DNA of 64,000 nucleotides from an uncultured Akkermansia sp. (lineage in GTDB: Bacteria; Verrucomicrobiota; Verrucomicrobiia; Verrucomicrobiales; Akkermansiaceae), in the NCBI GenBank assembly GCA_964448375.1, contig CAYVAI010000018.1, positions 2,970 through 66,969 of the forward strand, given 5' to 3'. How positions within the stretch are numbered: position 1 is the stretch's first letter; the number at the start of each line of letters is the position of its first letter. Positions 47,815 through 61,235 of this stretch are shown one piece after another. The notes under the pieces were generated by a model. It did no database searches. It saw only the letters and a list, made by a program, of their open reading frames with translations, and was not told the origin of the DNA. The position numbers and the translations under genes were made by a program.

Positions 47815-48222
47815 ATGAAAATTTCGAAGGACACCCAGACCAAAGCTCGTCGACTCCTGAAACTATGCATGGTTGACAAAGCACTGGACGAAACCCGCGT
47901 CCGTAAGGTCACGCAGACCATAGCGGCCCGCAAGCCGAGAAACTATCTGGCTCTGCTGACGGCATTCACCAAGCTCGTCCGCCTCGAACTCGCCAAGAAA
48001 ACCGTCACAGTCCAAAGTGCCATCTCCCTGACAGAGATGGAGAAATCAGACATTTGCTCCGGCCTCGAACAAATATACGGTTCGGGCCTGAGCTACGACT
48101 GGAGCATCCGCCCCGAATTGATCGGCGGTATTCATCTCCAGATAGGAGACAACGTGCTTGATGGTACGTTGAAAACGCGCATCGACAGGCTTCGTCAATC
48201 CGTCGATTCCCTTCATTTTTGA
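47815..48222 (+). CDS. atpH: F0F1 ATP synthase subunit delta (short, 135 aa)
   Basis: C-terminal OSCP-like block PELIGGIHLQIGDNVLDGTLKTRIDRLRQ. Positioned between atpF and atpA. Confidence 0.8.
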   Translation: MKISKDTQTKARRLLKLCMVDKALDETRVRKVTQTIAARKPRNYLALLTAFTKLVRLELAKKTVTVQSAISLTEMEKSDICSGLEQIYGSGLSYDWSIRPELIGGIHLQIGDNVLDGTLKTRIDRLRQSVDSLHF

Positions 48223-48261
48223 TCCTTTTTCCCCCACAACAACTTCCCTCCATACAATTCC

Positions 48262-49794
<1,533 letters not shown>

Positions 49795-49828
49795 ACCCCG
49801 GTAGAACGCCCGTACCGAATCAGCCATT

Positions 49829-52205
<2,377 letters not shown>

Positions 52206-52247
52206 TCCCTTCTTCCTCATCCTCAATAGTTACCCATCTGCCACCCC

Positions 52248-52664
52248 ATGCCAATCAAGCTTGAAATCGTTACGCCTCTGGGCGTCGCCCGTTCCCTGGA
52301 TGCGGAATACGTTTACGCGCCGGGAACACAGGGGGAGCTGGGCATTCTTCCGGGGCACGAACCCCTGATCACGACCATCAATCCCGGGGAATTACGCTGC
52401 AAACCTCTTGGAGTGCAGAAAGAAGAATTCCTCGTCGTCGGCACGGGTTTCCTCCAGGTAGTCAACGACCGCGTCACTGTTGTCACCGACCTTGCTCTGG
52501 AAGATACCCAAATCGACGAGCACAGCGCTGAAAAGGCCATTGCCGCTGCCAAGGAAGCCCTGAAGCAGCGCGATACCATGTCTCGCGAAGAACAGGCACG
52601 CTATGAGGCCAACCTCACCAAGCAAATGGCCGTTCTAAGCTTCAAGAAGCGCAAGAACAGGTAA
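52248..52664 (+). CDS. atpC: F0F1 ATP synthase subunit epsilon
   Basis: 138 aa. LEIVTPLG...GELGILPGHEPLIT beta-sandwich start and a helical C-terminus. Last gene of the atp cluster. Confidence 0.92.
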   Translation: MPIKLEIVTPLGVARSLDAEYVYAPGTQGELGILPGHEPLITTINPGELRCKPLGVQKEEFLVVGTGFLQVVNDRVTVVTDLALEDTQIDEHSAEKAIAAAKEALKQRDTMSREEQARYEANLTKQMAVLSFKKRKNR

Positions 52665-52776
52665 CCCCTCTCCCTCCCGGCTCCATTGAACGGAACCGGG
52701 AGATCACCTGTCCAACTTGATACAAGGCAACAACTTTGTTGCTTTGCCTTATAACTCATATACCCCCGATACCGCC

Positions 52777-53301
52777 ATGTTATGGAATGATCAATTTGAT
52801 GCCCTGTTTCGTGAATCCGTTGCCCGCTTCCAAGAGGGGCAACAAAATATCGATAGCTTCTTTACGGAACGCGAAAAAGCCTTCCTGGCCTCCATCGGGT
52901 ATAAGCCCCGGGAAATGTTCGACTTCGTCGAAGACTATGCTGGGGAAGGCACGCCCAGCCCGTCCACATCCCTGCTGGTTGCCTCCGTGCGCCGTGATTA
53001 CTTCCTGACTATCCAGGAAGGGCATTTTACCTCGGAAGAACTGGTCACAGCCAACCACCTTCCCACCTTTGGAGACCAATTGCAGGATATCGCCTACCTG
53101 CCCCGCATCATCAAAAAGGCGGAAGCCAAGTTGCGCGGACTACTGGACCCGGACGTCATGTTCTGTTGCGGAGGAGACCGCAAATTCCTGCTCGAACACG
53201 GCAATATCCACCCTGCCGACTTCCTGCGCGTCGTCTGGGCAGCCAAGGGAGATGAATCCAAAATCGCCTCCTACGTCAAAGCAGCCATGAGAGAAGCGTA
53301 A
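52777..53301 (+). CDS. Hypothetical protein with DUF5069-like C-terminal half
   Basis: IAYLPRIIKKAEAKLRGLLDPDVMFCCGGDRKFLLEHGNIHPADFLRVVW resembles the LPR..DKaRa...G.l......C..D..fl...gi...df pattern I recall for DUF5069. The ATG at 52777 is preferred; the ORF is open from the TTG at 52717. Confidence 0.5.
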   Translation: MLWNDQFDALFRESVARFQEGQQNIDSFFTEREKAFLASIGYKPREMFDFVEDYAGEGTPSPSTSLLVASVRRDYFLTIQEGHFTSEELVTANHLPTFGDQLQDIAYLPRIIKKAEAKLRGLLDPDVMFCCGGDRKFLLEHGNIHPADFLRVVWAAKGDESKIASYVKAAMREA

Positions 53302-53385
53302 ATCAGGAACTATTCTCAACATTTAAGCTACAATTTCATCCTTGCAATTGTGAGGATAAATCCTTAATAGATGGAACTGTTCATT

Positions 53386-53415
53386 CGTCAGTTTTCAAAA
53401 AACCGACGTTTTTAT
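53386..53415 (+). terminator. Terminator-like hairpin
   Basis: cgtcagtttt (53386-53395) / aaaaccgacg (53399-53408) with one mismatch and a very small loop, followed by ttttta. Confidence 0.45.
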
Positions 53416-53439
53416 TGATTCAAATTATCACGATCTACC

Positions 53440-53853
53440 ATGAATATCCAAACTGCCGTTCTCTGTGACTACGCAGCCGACTACCAGGGCAAGCTTTGCT
53501 TCCAAGGTGCATTCGATACGCTTTTCGCCCAGAATACACCAGTGGTTCACCCGATGTGTTCCCTCGCTCTCCGCATTTGCATGACTCCCGAAGACGCAGG
53601 CGATCACAAGCTTGGCATCTCGATTGTTGACGAAGACGGCAAGGCTCTCGATCCGGAACGCATGCCCATCACGGGCGACCTGACTGTTGCCCTTCCCGAA
53701 GGCGCCAGCTTCTTCACCCGCAACCTGATCATGAACTTCCAGGGACTGCGCTTCGAACAGCCCGGCAACTACTCCGTTGACATCGCAGTTGACGGCGACA
53801 TCATCTGCCGCATTCCCTTGCGCGTCGTCAAGGTTGACGCTCCCCAAGCCTAA
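53440..53853 (+). CDS. Small hypothetical protein (possibly DUF6941-like beta-sandwich)
   Basis: 137-aa ORF with clean boundaries and a strong terminator downstream. The pattern MNIQTAVLCDYAADYQGKLCFQGAFDTL...HPMCSLALRI...GDHKLGISIVDEDGKAL...GNYSVDIAVDG recalls DUF6941-type proteins, from memory only. Confidence 0.55.
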   Translation: MNIQTAVLCDYAADYQGKLCFQGAFDTLFAQNTPVVHPMCSLALRICMTPEDAGDHKLGISIVDEDGKALDPERMPITGDLTVALPEGASFFTRNLIMNFQGLRFEQPGNYSVDIAVDGDIICRIPLRVVKVDAPQA

Positions 53854-53882
53854 ATCACAACGCTCAATCGCATTTTAATCCC

Positions 53883-53918
53883 AAGGCGCCGTCCGTAATG
53901 CGTGACGACGCCTTTTTT
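53883..53918 (+). terminator. Rho-independent terminator
   Basis: Stem aaggcgccgtc (53883-53893) / gacgacgcctt (53904-53914) with one mismatch, followed by tttt. Confidence 0.75.
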
Positions 53919-53927
53919 CATGGAGCC

Positions 53928-56807
53928 TTACCGGTAATCCGTGACGTTATCGACCTTGATGATATCCGGAGACTGCGAATTTCCGGATATCAGTACTTTA
54001 AGTTCTTGCGGAGAACATGCCGCCTTCGGCTCGAAATCCTTGGATTGCACATAACTCACCAGAGCAGAATATAGCTGTTTCCCTTCAGGTGTTTTACAAA
54101 GAGATTCGGGATTTGCCATGCAAACAAGCAATTTTCCTTTGCCCACCCGGATTTCGAACACCAAGCCCAATTTGTGATTTCTTTCAATATTGTCCACTAC
54201 CTGAACAACGGGAATCAAGCCGGCGGGTGCTAAATCCAAAATCAACGGTCGAGATGCCTTGATCACGCTCCACCATTGCCAGTTTGTCTGTTCGTCCGTG
54301 GGAAAATTTCTGAAAAGAGGATGACACGGATCCATTAGAAGGGAAAGCGAACCAGGAGAAACGGGTTTACCCAAAGATTCCGAAATTCCTTTGAACATTG
54401 CATAATTCCAATAGTCGGGTGTCGCCAAACCACCAACCGATCGCGTCGCCATATCTTCATGATCGGGAAACCAGAGCATGGAAGCCCCCTCGCTCAACTG
54501 GTTGATCGTTTTGTCGTCTAAATACTTGGAAGCCCGGAAAGACGATGGAAGTTTCTCTGGCTCTCGATCGGAATAAACCCACAAATCATAACTGTTCGTA
54601 TATTTTGCCCCATCCAGTTGAAGAATCAGTTTCAAGCGATCCGGCAGTTTCAGTCCGGACAACGGGACGCTGACTTCCGAAATCGCACTCAATTCCCCCT
54701 GCCCAGCATGGAGAATACTGTTCCCTTTCTGTACAATCCGACCGGAAGAATCTTCAAGCCTCCATTGTAACGGAACATGAAGAATAGAGGGACCATAATT
54801 TGCCACCTGAAGGCCAAAGGAAAGGTTTTCAGTATCAGCCCAAGTATATTTATCAAATAGCGCAAGCGGTACCACAGCATGACAAAAACCGGAAAATTCC
54901 TCCGCCTCCATAATGCCTTTGCTATCCATGAAGGCATCCAGCAATCCAACCAAAGACGTTCCCTGCCCCGGAAAATCCTGAAGATCAAGCATTTGGAACC
55001 CTCCGAATCCCGGTGTTCTCAATGCCATCTCGATATCGGCCTTATAACACCGCGATGCCCAAATTCCCGAAGCGCGATGAAACGCCTCCGCCTGATCCTC
55101 CATTCCGCGTTCCTGAAGGCGTTTTCTGAAAATTTCAAGGTTCCATGGTTTAAGAACCCCTGTATATTTAGCGATTTCCCGGAAATCAGGATAGATTTGA
55201 AATTGTCCTGTCTCGTGTCCAATGACGGGTAAAGGACATTCCTTGATCGCCTGCCGATAGTCACTCCTCGTCGATGGAAGGATTCCATTCAGTATCCCTC
55301 CCTCCCGGGCATCTGCAAAAGCGAAGGAAGAGCGAACGTGGTTGTCATAGCCCGAGTCTTTATCCTGACCTACACGGCATGTCGTCAGAAAATTCTCACC
55401 TTCTTTCCATCCCTCTCTGCCCAAATGGTTATTGGAACCAAATGAGTACAGGACATCCGGATACTTATTCCGGTACGAGTCCACAATTGTTCGCATGGCC
55501 GTTTCCGTCCCTGAAAGTTCATTACCCAATGCAAACATAACGAATGAAGGATGGGAGGCATACGTATCCAGAATTGCCTTCCCCTCTTTGGAAAAGAAAT
55601 CCATGACATCCTTTTGTGATTCGTTGATGCCACCCCAGTACGGCATTTCTGGCTGAAGATACATGCCGAGTTCGTCCGCAGCCTCAAAGGCTGCTTCGGG
55701 AGGGGTCCAAGTATGGAATCTTACATAATTGAATCCATAAGACGCCGCTATTCCGAGATGGCGAAGCCATGCCTTTTTATCCATGGGGGGATAAGCGGTC
55801 AGCGGAAAGACACAGGCATCGTGTCGCCCTCTTAAAAAGGTCTTTTGCCCATTGATTGCAAAATGAGTTCCCTGGGTTGTAAAACGACGCATTCCAAACA
55901 CTTTACAGACTTCGTCCGATACTCCATTACATTCCAGTTTAACGCGCATTGTGTACAAATTTGGTGCAAATTCACTCCAGAGAACCGGGTTTTCCCCCAT
56001 AGGACAAATCAGTTCCACATCCTGCACTCCGCGTTCAAGGAAAACGTCAAAGACTTTCCCCTCCGTTTTGCCTTGATCCCCGCCATTCTGCAATATGGCT
56101 TCCAAGGTAATGCGCGCCGGGCCAGCCTGGCAGCTGTTCCGAACCTTTAAACGGACCAAAACCGACTTTTTTTCCGGATCAGGGACAAGGTTGATTGATT
56201 CAATACAAGGGTCTGAAACGGCTTCAAGAAATATTTCCCCGAGCATTCCATTCCAATTCGTCTGGGTATGTTCTGCAAAAGCGTGCGAATTACCGACTCC
56301 TTCCGGGTAATAGCTCCGGCGGTTGTCAACGGAAACCGTTAACGTATGCTTACCTGGAGAAAGCAACGCGGTCAAATCATAGGAATGAGGAGTTTGAAGG
56401 TTATCACAAGAACCGGCCCTTTTTCCATCTACAAAAACGGTTGTCCTTTTAGTTCTCTCCACACGCAAAAATATCAACTTATCCCGGAAGGATTCTGGAA
56501 TAATAATTTCCTTCCCATACAATGCCTCACCTTCATAAGTAACAACACGAGAAAGATGTTTCGTCTCTTCCCGGTTGTTATTGGCATTTCCCCAGCCCCA
56601 TTCATCCATGGTTCCCGGTAAAACGACAGGAGCCTTCTCCTGTTCCGACGGCAGGGAAAGCTCCCATGTCCCAGCCAGGGAAAACACTTCTCGACCCATT
56701 CCCGGAACAGCCGCCATCCAAAAAAAAATCCATCCTGCCATCCCCCAGCCAAGGTATGAAATACCAGAATAAAACTGAGAGAAAAAGCGCTCCGCCCTTG
56801 TTTTCAT
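53928..56807 (-). CDS. Glycoside hydrolase, GH2-like (clan GH-A TIM barrel with N-terminal sugar-binding jelly roll)
   Basis: GH2_N-like block LIFLRVERTKRTTVFVDGKRAGSCDNLQTPHSYDLTALLSPGKHTLTVSVDN. TIM-barrel block NYVRFHTWTPPEAAFEAADELGMYLQPE. Acid/base-like FVMFALGNELSG and nucleophile-like VIGHETGQ. ATG 56807 (MKTRAERFF...) is preferred; the ORF is open to 56912. Confidence 0.65.
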   Translation of the reverse strand: MKTRAERFFSQFYSGISYLGWGMAGWIFFWMAAVPGMGREVFSLAGTWELSLPSEQEKAPVVLPGTMDEWGWGNANNNREETKHLSRVVTYEGEALYGKEIIIPESFRDKLIFLRVERTKRTTVFVDGKRAGSCDNLQTPHSYDLTALLSPGKHTLTVSVDNRRSYYPEGVGNSHAFAEHTQTNWNGMLGEIFLEAVSDPCIESINLVPDPEKKSVLVRLKVRNSCQAGPARITLEAILQNGGDQGKTEGKVFDVFLERGVQDVELICPMGENPVLWSEFAPNLYTMRVKLECNGVSDEVCKVFGMRRFTTQGTHFAINGQKTFLRGRHDACVFPLTAYPPMDKKAWLRHLGIAASYGFNYVRFHTWTPPEAAFEAADELGMYLQPEMPYWGGINESQKDVMDFFSKEGKAILDTYASHPSFVMFALGNELSGTETAMRTIVDSYRNKYPDVLYSFGSNNHLGREGWKEGENFLTTCRVGQDKDSGYDNHVRSSFAFADAREGGILNGILPSTRSDYRQAIKECPLPVIGHETGQFQIYPDFREIAKYTGVLKPWNLEIFRKRLQERGMEDQAEAFHRASGIWASRCYKADIEMALRTPGFGGFQMLDLQDFPGQGTSLVGLLDAFMDSKGIMEAEEFSGFCHAVVPLALFDKYTWADTENLSFGLQVANYGPSILHVPLQWRLEDSSGRIVQKGNSILHAGQGELSAISEVSVPLSGLKLPDRLKLILQLDGAKYTNSYDLWVYSDREPEKLPSSFRASKYLDDKTINQLSEGASMLWFPDHEDMATRSVGGLATPDYWNYAMFKGISESLGKPVSPGSLSLLMDPCHPLFRNFPTDEQTNWQWWSVIKASRPLILDLAPAGLIPVVQVVDNIERNHKLGLVFEIRVGKGKLLVCMANPESLCKTPEGKQLYSALVSYVQSKDFEPKAACSPQELKVLISGNSQSPDIIKVDNVTDYR

Positions 56808-56966
56808 AATAAGAAAGTACGACCATAACCACCTCGTTCTTTCATAACCACCTTCTCCGCATACGGGAAAGACGGCCTCATCATCCGCAAGCCATAGACA
56901 AAAAAACCCCATGGAATCAGATCCATGAGGTCTTTGAAAAGAGTCCCAAACCGGACTGCAAAGAAA

Positions 56967-57536
56967 TCAACCGTTGACGCGGCCAAGATAGGAACCATCT
57001 TCCGTCTTCACGGAGATACGTTCGCCGGGCTTGATGAACAGAGGAACCTGCACGACAAGACCAGTAGTCATCGTGGCAGACTTGTACACGTTGTTGGCGG
57101 AGTCACCCTTGACGCCTTCAGGAGCTTCTTCCACGGTCATGGTAATGGCAGCAGGAAGTTCAATCGAGCAGGCAGTACCGTCGGTGAAGAGAAGAATGTA
57201 GATCTCACCTTCCATCAGGTAATCCTTGACGGGCTCGACGATATCTTCCGTAACAGTCACGTCTTCAAAGGTATTGGGTTCCAGGAAGTGGTAACCCATG
57301 CCGTCCACGTAGCTGAATTCGTATTCTTCACGAGCCAGATTAACGCCTTCCAGCGTTTCGTTGGACGTCATGCGAAGGTTGTACACTTTCTTGGTGGAAA
57401 TGCTGCGGATGGTCATCTGCACATAGGATGCCATACGGGGCGGACACTTATGCTCCATGTTGGTGACAACACAAACATCATTATTATAACTGACGGCGTG
57501 GCCTCTACGAAGATTGATTACGGGTACTTTTGCCAT
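56967..57536 (-). CDS. efp: Elongation factor P family protein (Arg-type loop, EfpL/YeiP-like)
   Basis: 190 aa from MAKVPVINLRRGHAV... It aligns to EF-P/YeiP throughout (FSYVDGMGYHFLEPNTFEDV; VKGDSANNVYKSATMTTGLVVQVPLFIKPGERISVKTEDGSYLGRV). The ORF is open further upstream to 57614. Confidence 0.88.
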   Translation of the reverse strand: MAKVPVINLRRGHAVSYNNDVCVVTNMEHKCPPRMASYVQMTIRSISTKKVYNLRMTSNETLEGVNLAREEYEFSYVDGMGYHFLEPNTFEDVTVTEDIVEPVKDYLMEGEIYILLFTDGTACSIELPAAITMTVEEAPEGVKGDSANNVYKSATMTTGLVVQVPLFIKPGERISVKTEDGSYLGRVNG

Positions 57537-57845
57537 TGCGGCGGGAGGATAAACGGACACAATCAGGCAGTCAAGTTTTTGCAAGCTCAAAATGCAAATT
57601 CTTACACATCGCAACTACCAGTACATTTACTGGAAGATTCTCCCTCATGGAGCGTACACCTCCGCTCCCATTTTTTCAGATACTGCAAGTTTGTTATTAT
57701 ATCCCGACGGAAAGATGCAATCGTTTGGCATCCTGTCCTACATATAAATATAACTACTTATTTATCAACATGCTATTGCTTAATTCTTCTCAATTCCTTC
57801 ATCGAGTAGAAGAGCAACATGTAAAACACATCATTCCCCGATACA

Positions 57846-58364
57846 TCAGGGCTCCTTAACAATAGCTACCAACTCCAGCAACCCTTTGGTTTCAGGTCTG
57901 TTGCGGACCATCAGACGATTCAGATAGCGGCTACAGGCAGGCTTGCGGTAGTAGCCAGCCACAAATTCACCAGTCGTTTTCAGACGCAGAATGTACTTGT
58001 AGGGCTCTGCCTCCACTTCTCCCTGCTTGGCACTGGCACGAGGGGTGGCACCGACGCGCAGGCACCATTCTTTCCATCGCCTGCCATGTCCCTGTTCACG
58101 GAAATGAACCCATGCCAAGGCATGGGCAATTTCATGAAGGATGGTATCGATGATTTGAGCCGGCTTGTCGGAATTGAGTTTGACGAAGTGCCAGGAAAGG
58201 GTGATAAGCTGATCCTTGTAACGACAGGAACCCAGCCTTCTTCGCGCATGGTCCCAGCGAAACGACCACTCTACCAGCTCCCAACGCTTCAGCTCATTCC
58301 GGGCAAACCGCTCGATCTCTTCCTCGTTGGAGAACGGGAAATGGGTGTCTCTCTCTGCTACCAT
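57846..58364 (-). CDS. SprT-like zinc metalloprotease domain protein
   Basis: TILHEIAHALAWVHFREQGHGRRWKEWCLRVGA contains the HExxH...H..W pattern of the SprT-like family. 172 aa. Confidence 0.75.
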   Translation of the reverse strand: MVAERDTHFPFSNEEEIERFARNELKRWELVEWSFRWDHARRRLGSCRYKDQLITLSWHFVKLNSDKPAQIIDTILHEIAHALAWVHFREQGHGRRWKEWCLRVGATPRASAKQGEVEAEPYKYILRLKTTGEFVAGYYRKPACSRYLNRLMVRNRPETKGLLELVAIVKEP

Positions 58365-58442
58365 GCCGTTGCATTCTACCCCCTATACATCCTGGCCGCC
58401 ATGCCCAATACGTGACATGGCGCCAGCCCACACTCAACTCCC

Positions 58443-59552
58443 ATGGCAACTCCCCCACCAGCAAGCCCCCCCCAACGCATCGCAGCCATTGATGCTCTGC
58501 GCGGATTCGACATGTTTTTCCTCACCGGTGGTCTCGCGATCTTTCTGGCCGCCTCGCACCTGATCTGGAATCCCGTCCCCCAATGGATCGCCTACCATAC
58601 AAACCATGTGTCATGGACAGGTTTTGCTGCCTGGGATCTCGTCATGCCTTTGTTTATCTTCATCGTGGGATCGGCCATGCCCTTCTCTGTCGGCAAACTC
58701 ATGGGACAATCCCCCATGTGGAAGGTTTATCTGAAAATTTTCAAACGCACAGCGCTTCTCTTCATCCTCGGCATGGTAGCCCAAGGCAATCTGCTCAGCT
58801 TCAATCCGGAACACATGGCTCTGTTCTGCAACACCCTTCAGGCCATCGCCGGAGGCTACCTAATCGCCGCCCTCTGCATGTTGCACCTGCCGCGTTCGTG
58901 GCGCCCGTGGATTGCGCTGACCCTGCTCGTCATCTACGCTCTCGCCCTGCAATTCATCCCCTATGGCAACAACCCGGCCGGGACACTGGAACCCAACAAC
59001 AACCTCGCTCTCTACATCGACAAATCTCTGGAAGGCCACTTCCAGGATGGCACGAACTATGCGTGGATACTGCCTCAGCTTTCGTTCGGAGCGCTCACAC
59101 TTCTGGGTGTCTGGGCAGGTGACATTCTCAAACACGTCTCCGGACACGCCAAAAAGGTAGGGCTACTCGTCGCGGCAGGTATCATCTCGCTGGGACTTGG
59201 CTACGTCTGGGGACTGTACCTCCCGATCATCAAACACCTCTTCACCAGCTCCATGGTATTGTGGGCAGCAGGATGGTGCTTCCTCCTTCTGGCAGCCTTC
59301 TACATCGTGGCTGACATTCTGAAGCAGAACTGGCTCTTCTTCCCCCTGAAGGTCATCGGGGGCAACGCCATCTTCGTGTACATGTGGACCTGCGTCTGCC
59401 CGCCAACAGGAAACCTGTCCCGTGCCCTGTTCGGAGGATTCAGCTCATGCTTTGGAGATGCCTCCGGCCTTATCTTCCAAATCTGCAACTACGCTCTCAT
59501 CTGGGGTATCCTGTACTTCCTCTATGTTAAAAAGACATTTATCAAAATTTGA
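58443..59552 (+). CDS. DUF5009 / heparan-alpha-glucosaminide N-acetyltransferase (HGSNAT)-like membrane acyltransferase
   Basis: RIAAIDALRGFDMFFLTGG N-terminal signature. About 10 TM segments. 369 aa. Confidence 0.7.
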   Translation: MATPPPASPPQRIAAIDALRGFDMFFLTGGLAIFLAASHLIWNPVPQWIAYHTNHVSWTGFAAWDLVMPLFIFIVGSAMPFSVGKLMGQSPMWKVYLKIFKRTALLFILGMVAQGNLLSFNPEHMALFCNTLQAIAGGYLIAALCMLHLPRSWRPWIALTLLVIYALALQFIPYGNNPAGTLEPNNNLALYIDKSLEGHFQDGTNYAWILPQLSFGALTLLGVWAGDILKHVSGHAKKVGLLVAAGIISLGLGYVWGLYLPIIKHLFTSSMVLWAAGWCFLLLAAFYIVADILKQNWLFFPLKVIGGNAIFVYMWTCVCPPTGNLSRALFGGFSSCFGDASGLIFQICNYALIWGILYFLYVKKTFIKI

Positions 59553-59729
59553 TACATCCACAAAAAGAGTGACAAAAACAGAAACACATAGACTATCAAT
59601 GTAATGTATACGTTATAAATCAGCTACTCTTTCAAGAAATTTGCAGTGACGTAAAAAAAGTTATTTTGCGTTTCGAAATGTGATTTTCTGGTTGCAGAGG
59701 AGAGTTAAATCACTCTATATGGTCAGACC

Positions 59730-61169
59730 ATGATCTCTGACAACTCTTCTCGACGTTTGTTTCTTAAAAAGGCGCTCGCCATTTCGGCGGCGGCTTCCCT
59801 GCCGGCCTTCTGGATTCCCAAGTCCTTCGCTGCTCCGCAAGGAGGGCGCATCATCAGCCCCAATGAAAAAGTGAACCTCGCCATCATCGGCATCGGCAAT
59901 CGCGGTGGAGAAATCGGCCTTGCCCTGCATGCGACCGGTCTCTGTAATGTTGTTGCCCTGTGCGATGTGGACATGGGCGCCCCACACACGCGCAAACTCA
60001 TGTCCAAGTTCCCGGATGCAGCCCGCTTCCAGGACTTCCGCAAGATGTTTGACAAAATGTCGGATAAAATCGATGCCGTCAGCATCGGCGTGCCGGATCA
60101 CACCCACTTCCCCATCACCATCGAAGCCATGGCTCACGGCAAGCATGTCTATGTCGAAAAACCCCTGGCTCGCACCTTCCTGGAAAACGAACTCCTGATG
60201 AAGGCCGCCGATAAGTACGGCGTCGTCACCCAGATGGGCAACCAGGGGCATTCGGAAGGCAATTACTTCCAGTTCAAAGCCTGGAAGGATGCAGGAATCA
60301 TCAAGGATGTCACCGCCATCACAGCCCACATGAATTCCGCCCGCCGCTGGCACGGATGGGACCCGAAGATCACGCACATGCCCTTGGGCGAACCCGTCCC
60401 CAAGACGCTTGACTGGGACACCTGGCTGGGTGCCATCTCCCAACACGACTACAATCGCGACTACCACCTCGGCCAGTGGCGTTGCTGGTACGACTTCGGC
60501 ATGGGAGCCCTCGGCGACTGGGGAGCACACATCCTGGATACCGCCCATGAATTTCTGGATCTCGGCTTGCCCTATGAAATCAACCCCATCATGCTGAAGG
60601 ATCACAACCCCTTCTTCTTCCCGATGTCCTCCACCATCATGTTCCGCTTCCCAGAACGCAACAACATGCCGCCCGTGGATATCACCTGGTATGACGGTGT
60701 GGACAACATCCCTACCGTGCCGGAAGGCTATGGAGTCTCCGAAGTAGATCCCAACATCCCCACCGTCGCTGGCGGCAGACTCCAGCCTGCCAAACTGAAT
60801 CCTGGCAAGGAAATCTACTCAAAGGAACTCACCTTCAAGGGAGGCTCCCACGGTAGCACACTCTCCATCATCCCAGCGGACAAGGCCCGGGAAATGAAGT
60901 CCCGCCTGCCGGAAGTTCCCAAGAGCCCATCCAACCACTTTGCCAACTTCCTGCTGGCCTGCATGGGCCAGGAAAAGACGCGTTCCCCCTTCTCTATCTC
61001 CGGCCCCCTCAGCCAGGTGTTCTGCCTGGGCGTACTCGCTCAGCGCTTGAACAGAAAAATCGTGCTGGATCGTGCTACCAAGCAAATCATCAACGATCCC
61101 GAAGCCAACAAGCTCCTCGCCGGAGCCCCGTACCGCAAGGGATGGGAACAGTACTACGCTAGCGTCTAA
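59730..61169 (+). CDS. TAT-exported Gfo/Idh/MocA-family NAD-dependent oxidoreductase (GH109-like architecture)
   Basis: Twin-arginine signal SSRRLFLKKALAISAAASLPAFW. Rossmann block VNLAIIGIGNRGGE. KHVYVEKPLA motif of Gfo/Idh/MocA. Confidence 0.8.
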   Translation: MISDNSSRRLFLKKALAISAAASLPAFWIPKSFAAPQGGRIISPNEKVNLAIIGIGNRGGEIGLALHATGLCNVVALCDVDMGAPHTRKLMSKFPDAARFQDFRKMFDKMSDKIDAVSIGVPDHTHFPITIEAMAHGKHVYVEKPLARTFLENELLMKAADKYGVVTQMGNQGHSEGNYFQFKAWKDAGIIKDVTAITAHMNSARRWHGWDPKITHMPLGEPVPKTLDWDTWLGAISQHDYNRDYHLGQWRCWYDFGMGALGDWGAHILDTAHEFLDLGLPYEINPIMLKDHNPFFFPMSSTIMFRFPERNNMPPVDITWYDGVDNIPTVPEGYGVSEVDPNIPTVAGGRLQPAKLNPGKEIYSKELTFKGGSHGSTLSIIPADKAREMKSRLPEVPKSPSNHFANFLLACMGQEKTRSPFSISGPLSQVFCLGVLAQRLNRKIVLDRATKQIINDPEANKLLAGAPYRKGWEQYYASV

Positions 61170-61235
61170 AGCCTGCGTTTCACCAAATACTCTATCATCA
61201 ACGCCTGTTCCGGATAAACCATCGGGACAGGCGTT

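Noticed and set aside
56925-57809. 294-aa plus-strand ORF overlapping efp.
   Set aside because: The minus strand aligns end to end with EF-P/YeiP. The plus-frame product has no recognisable features.
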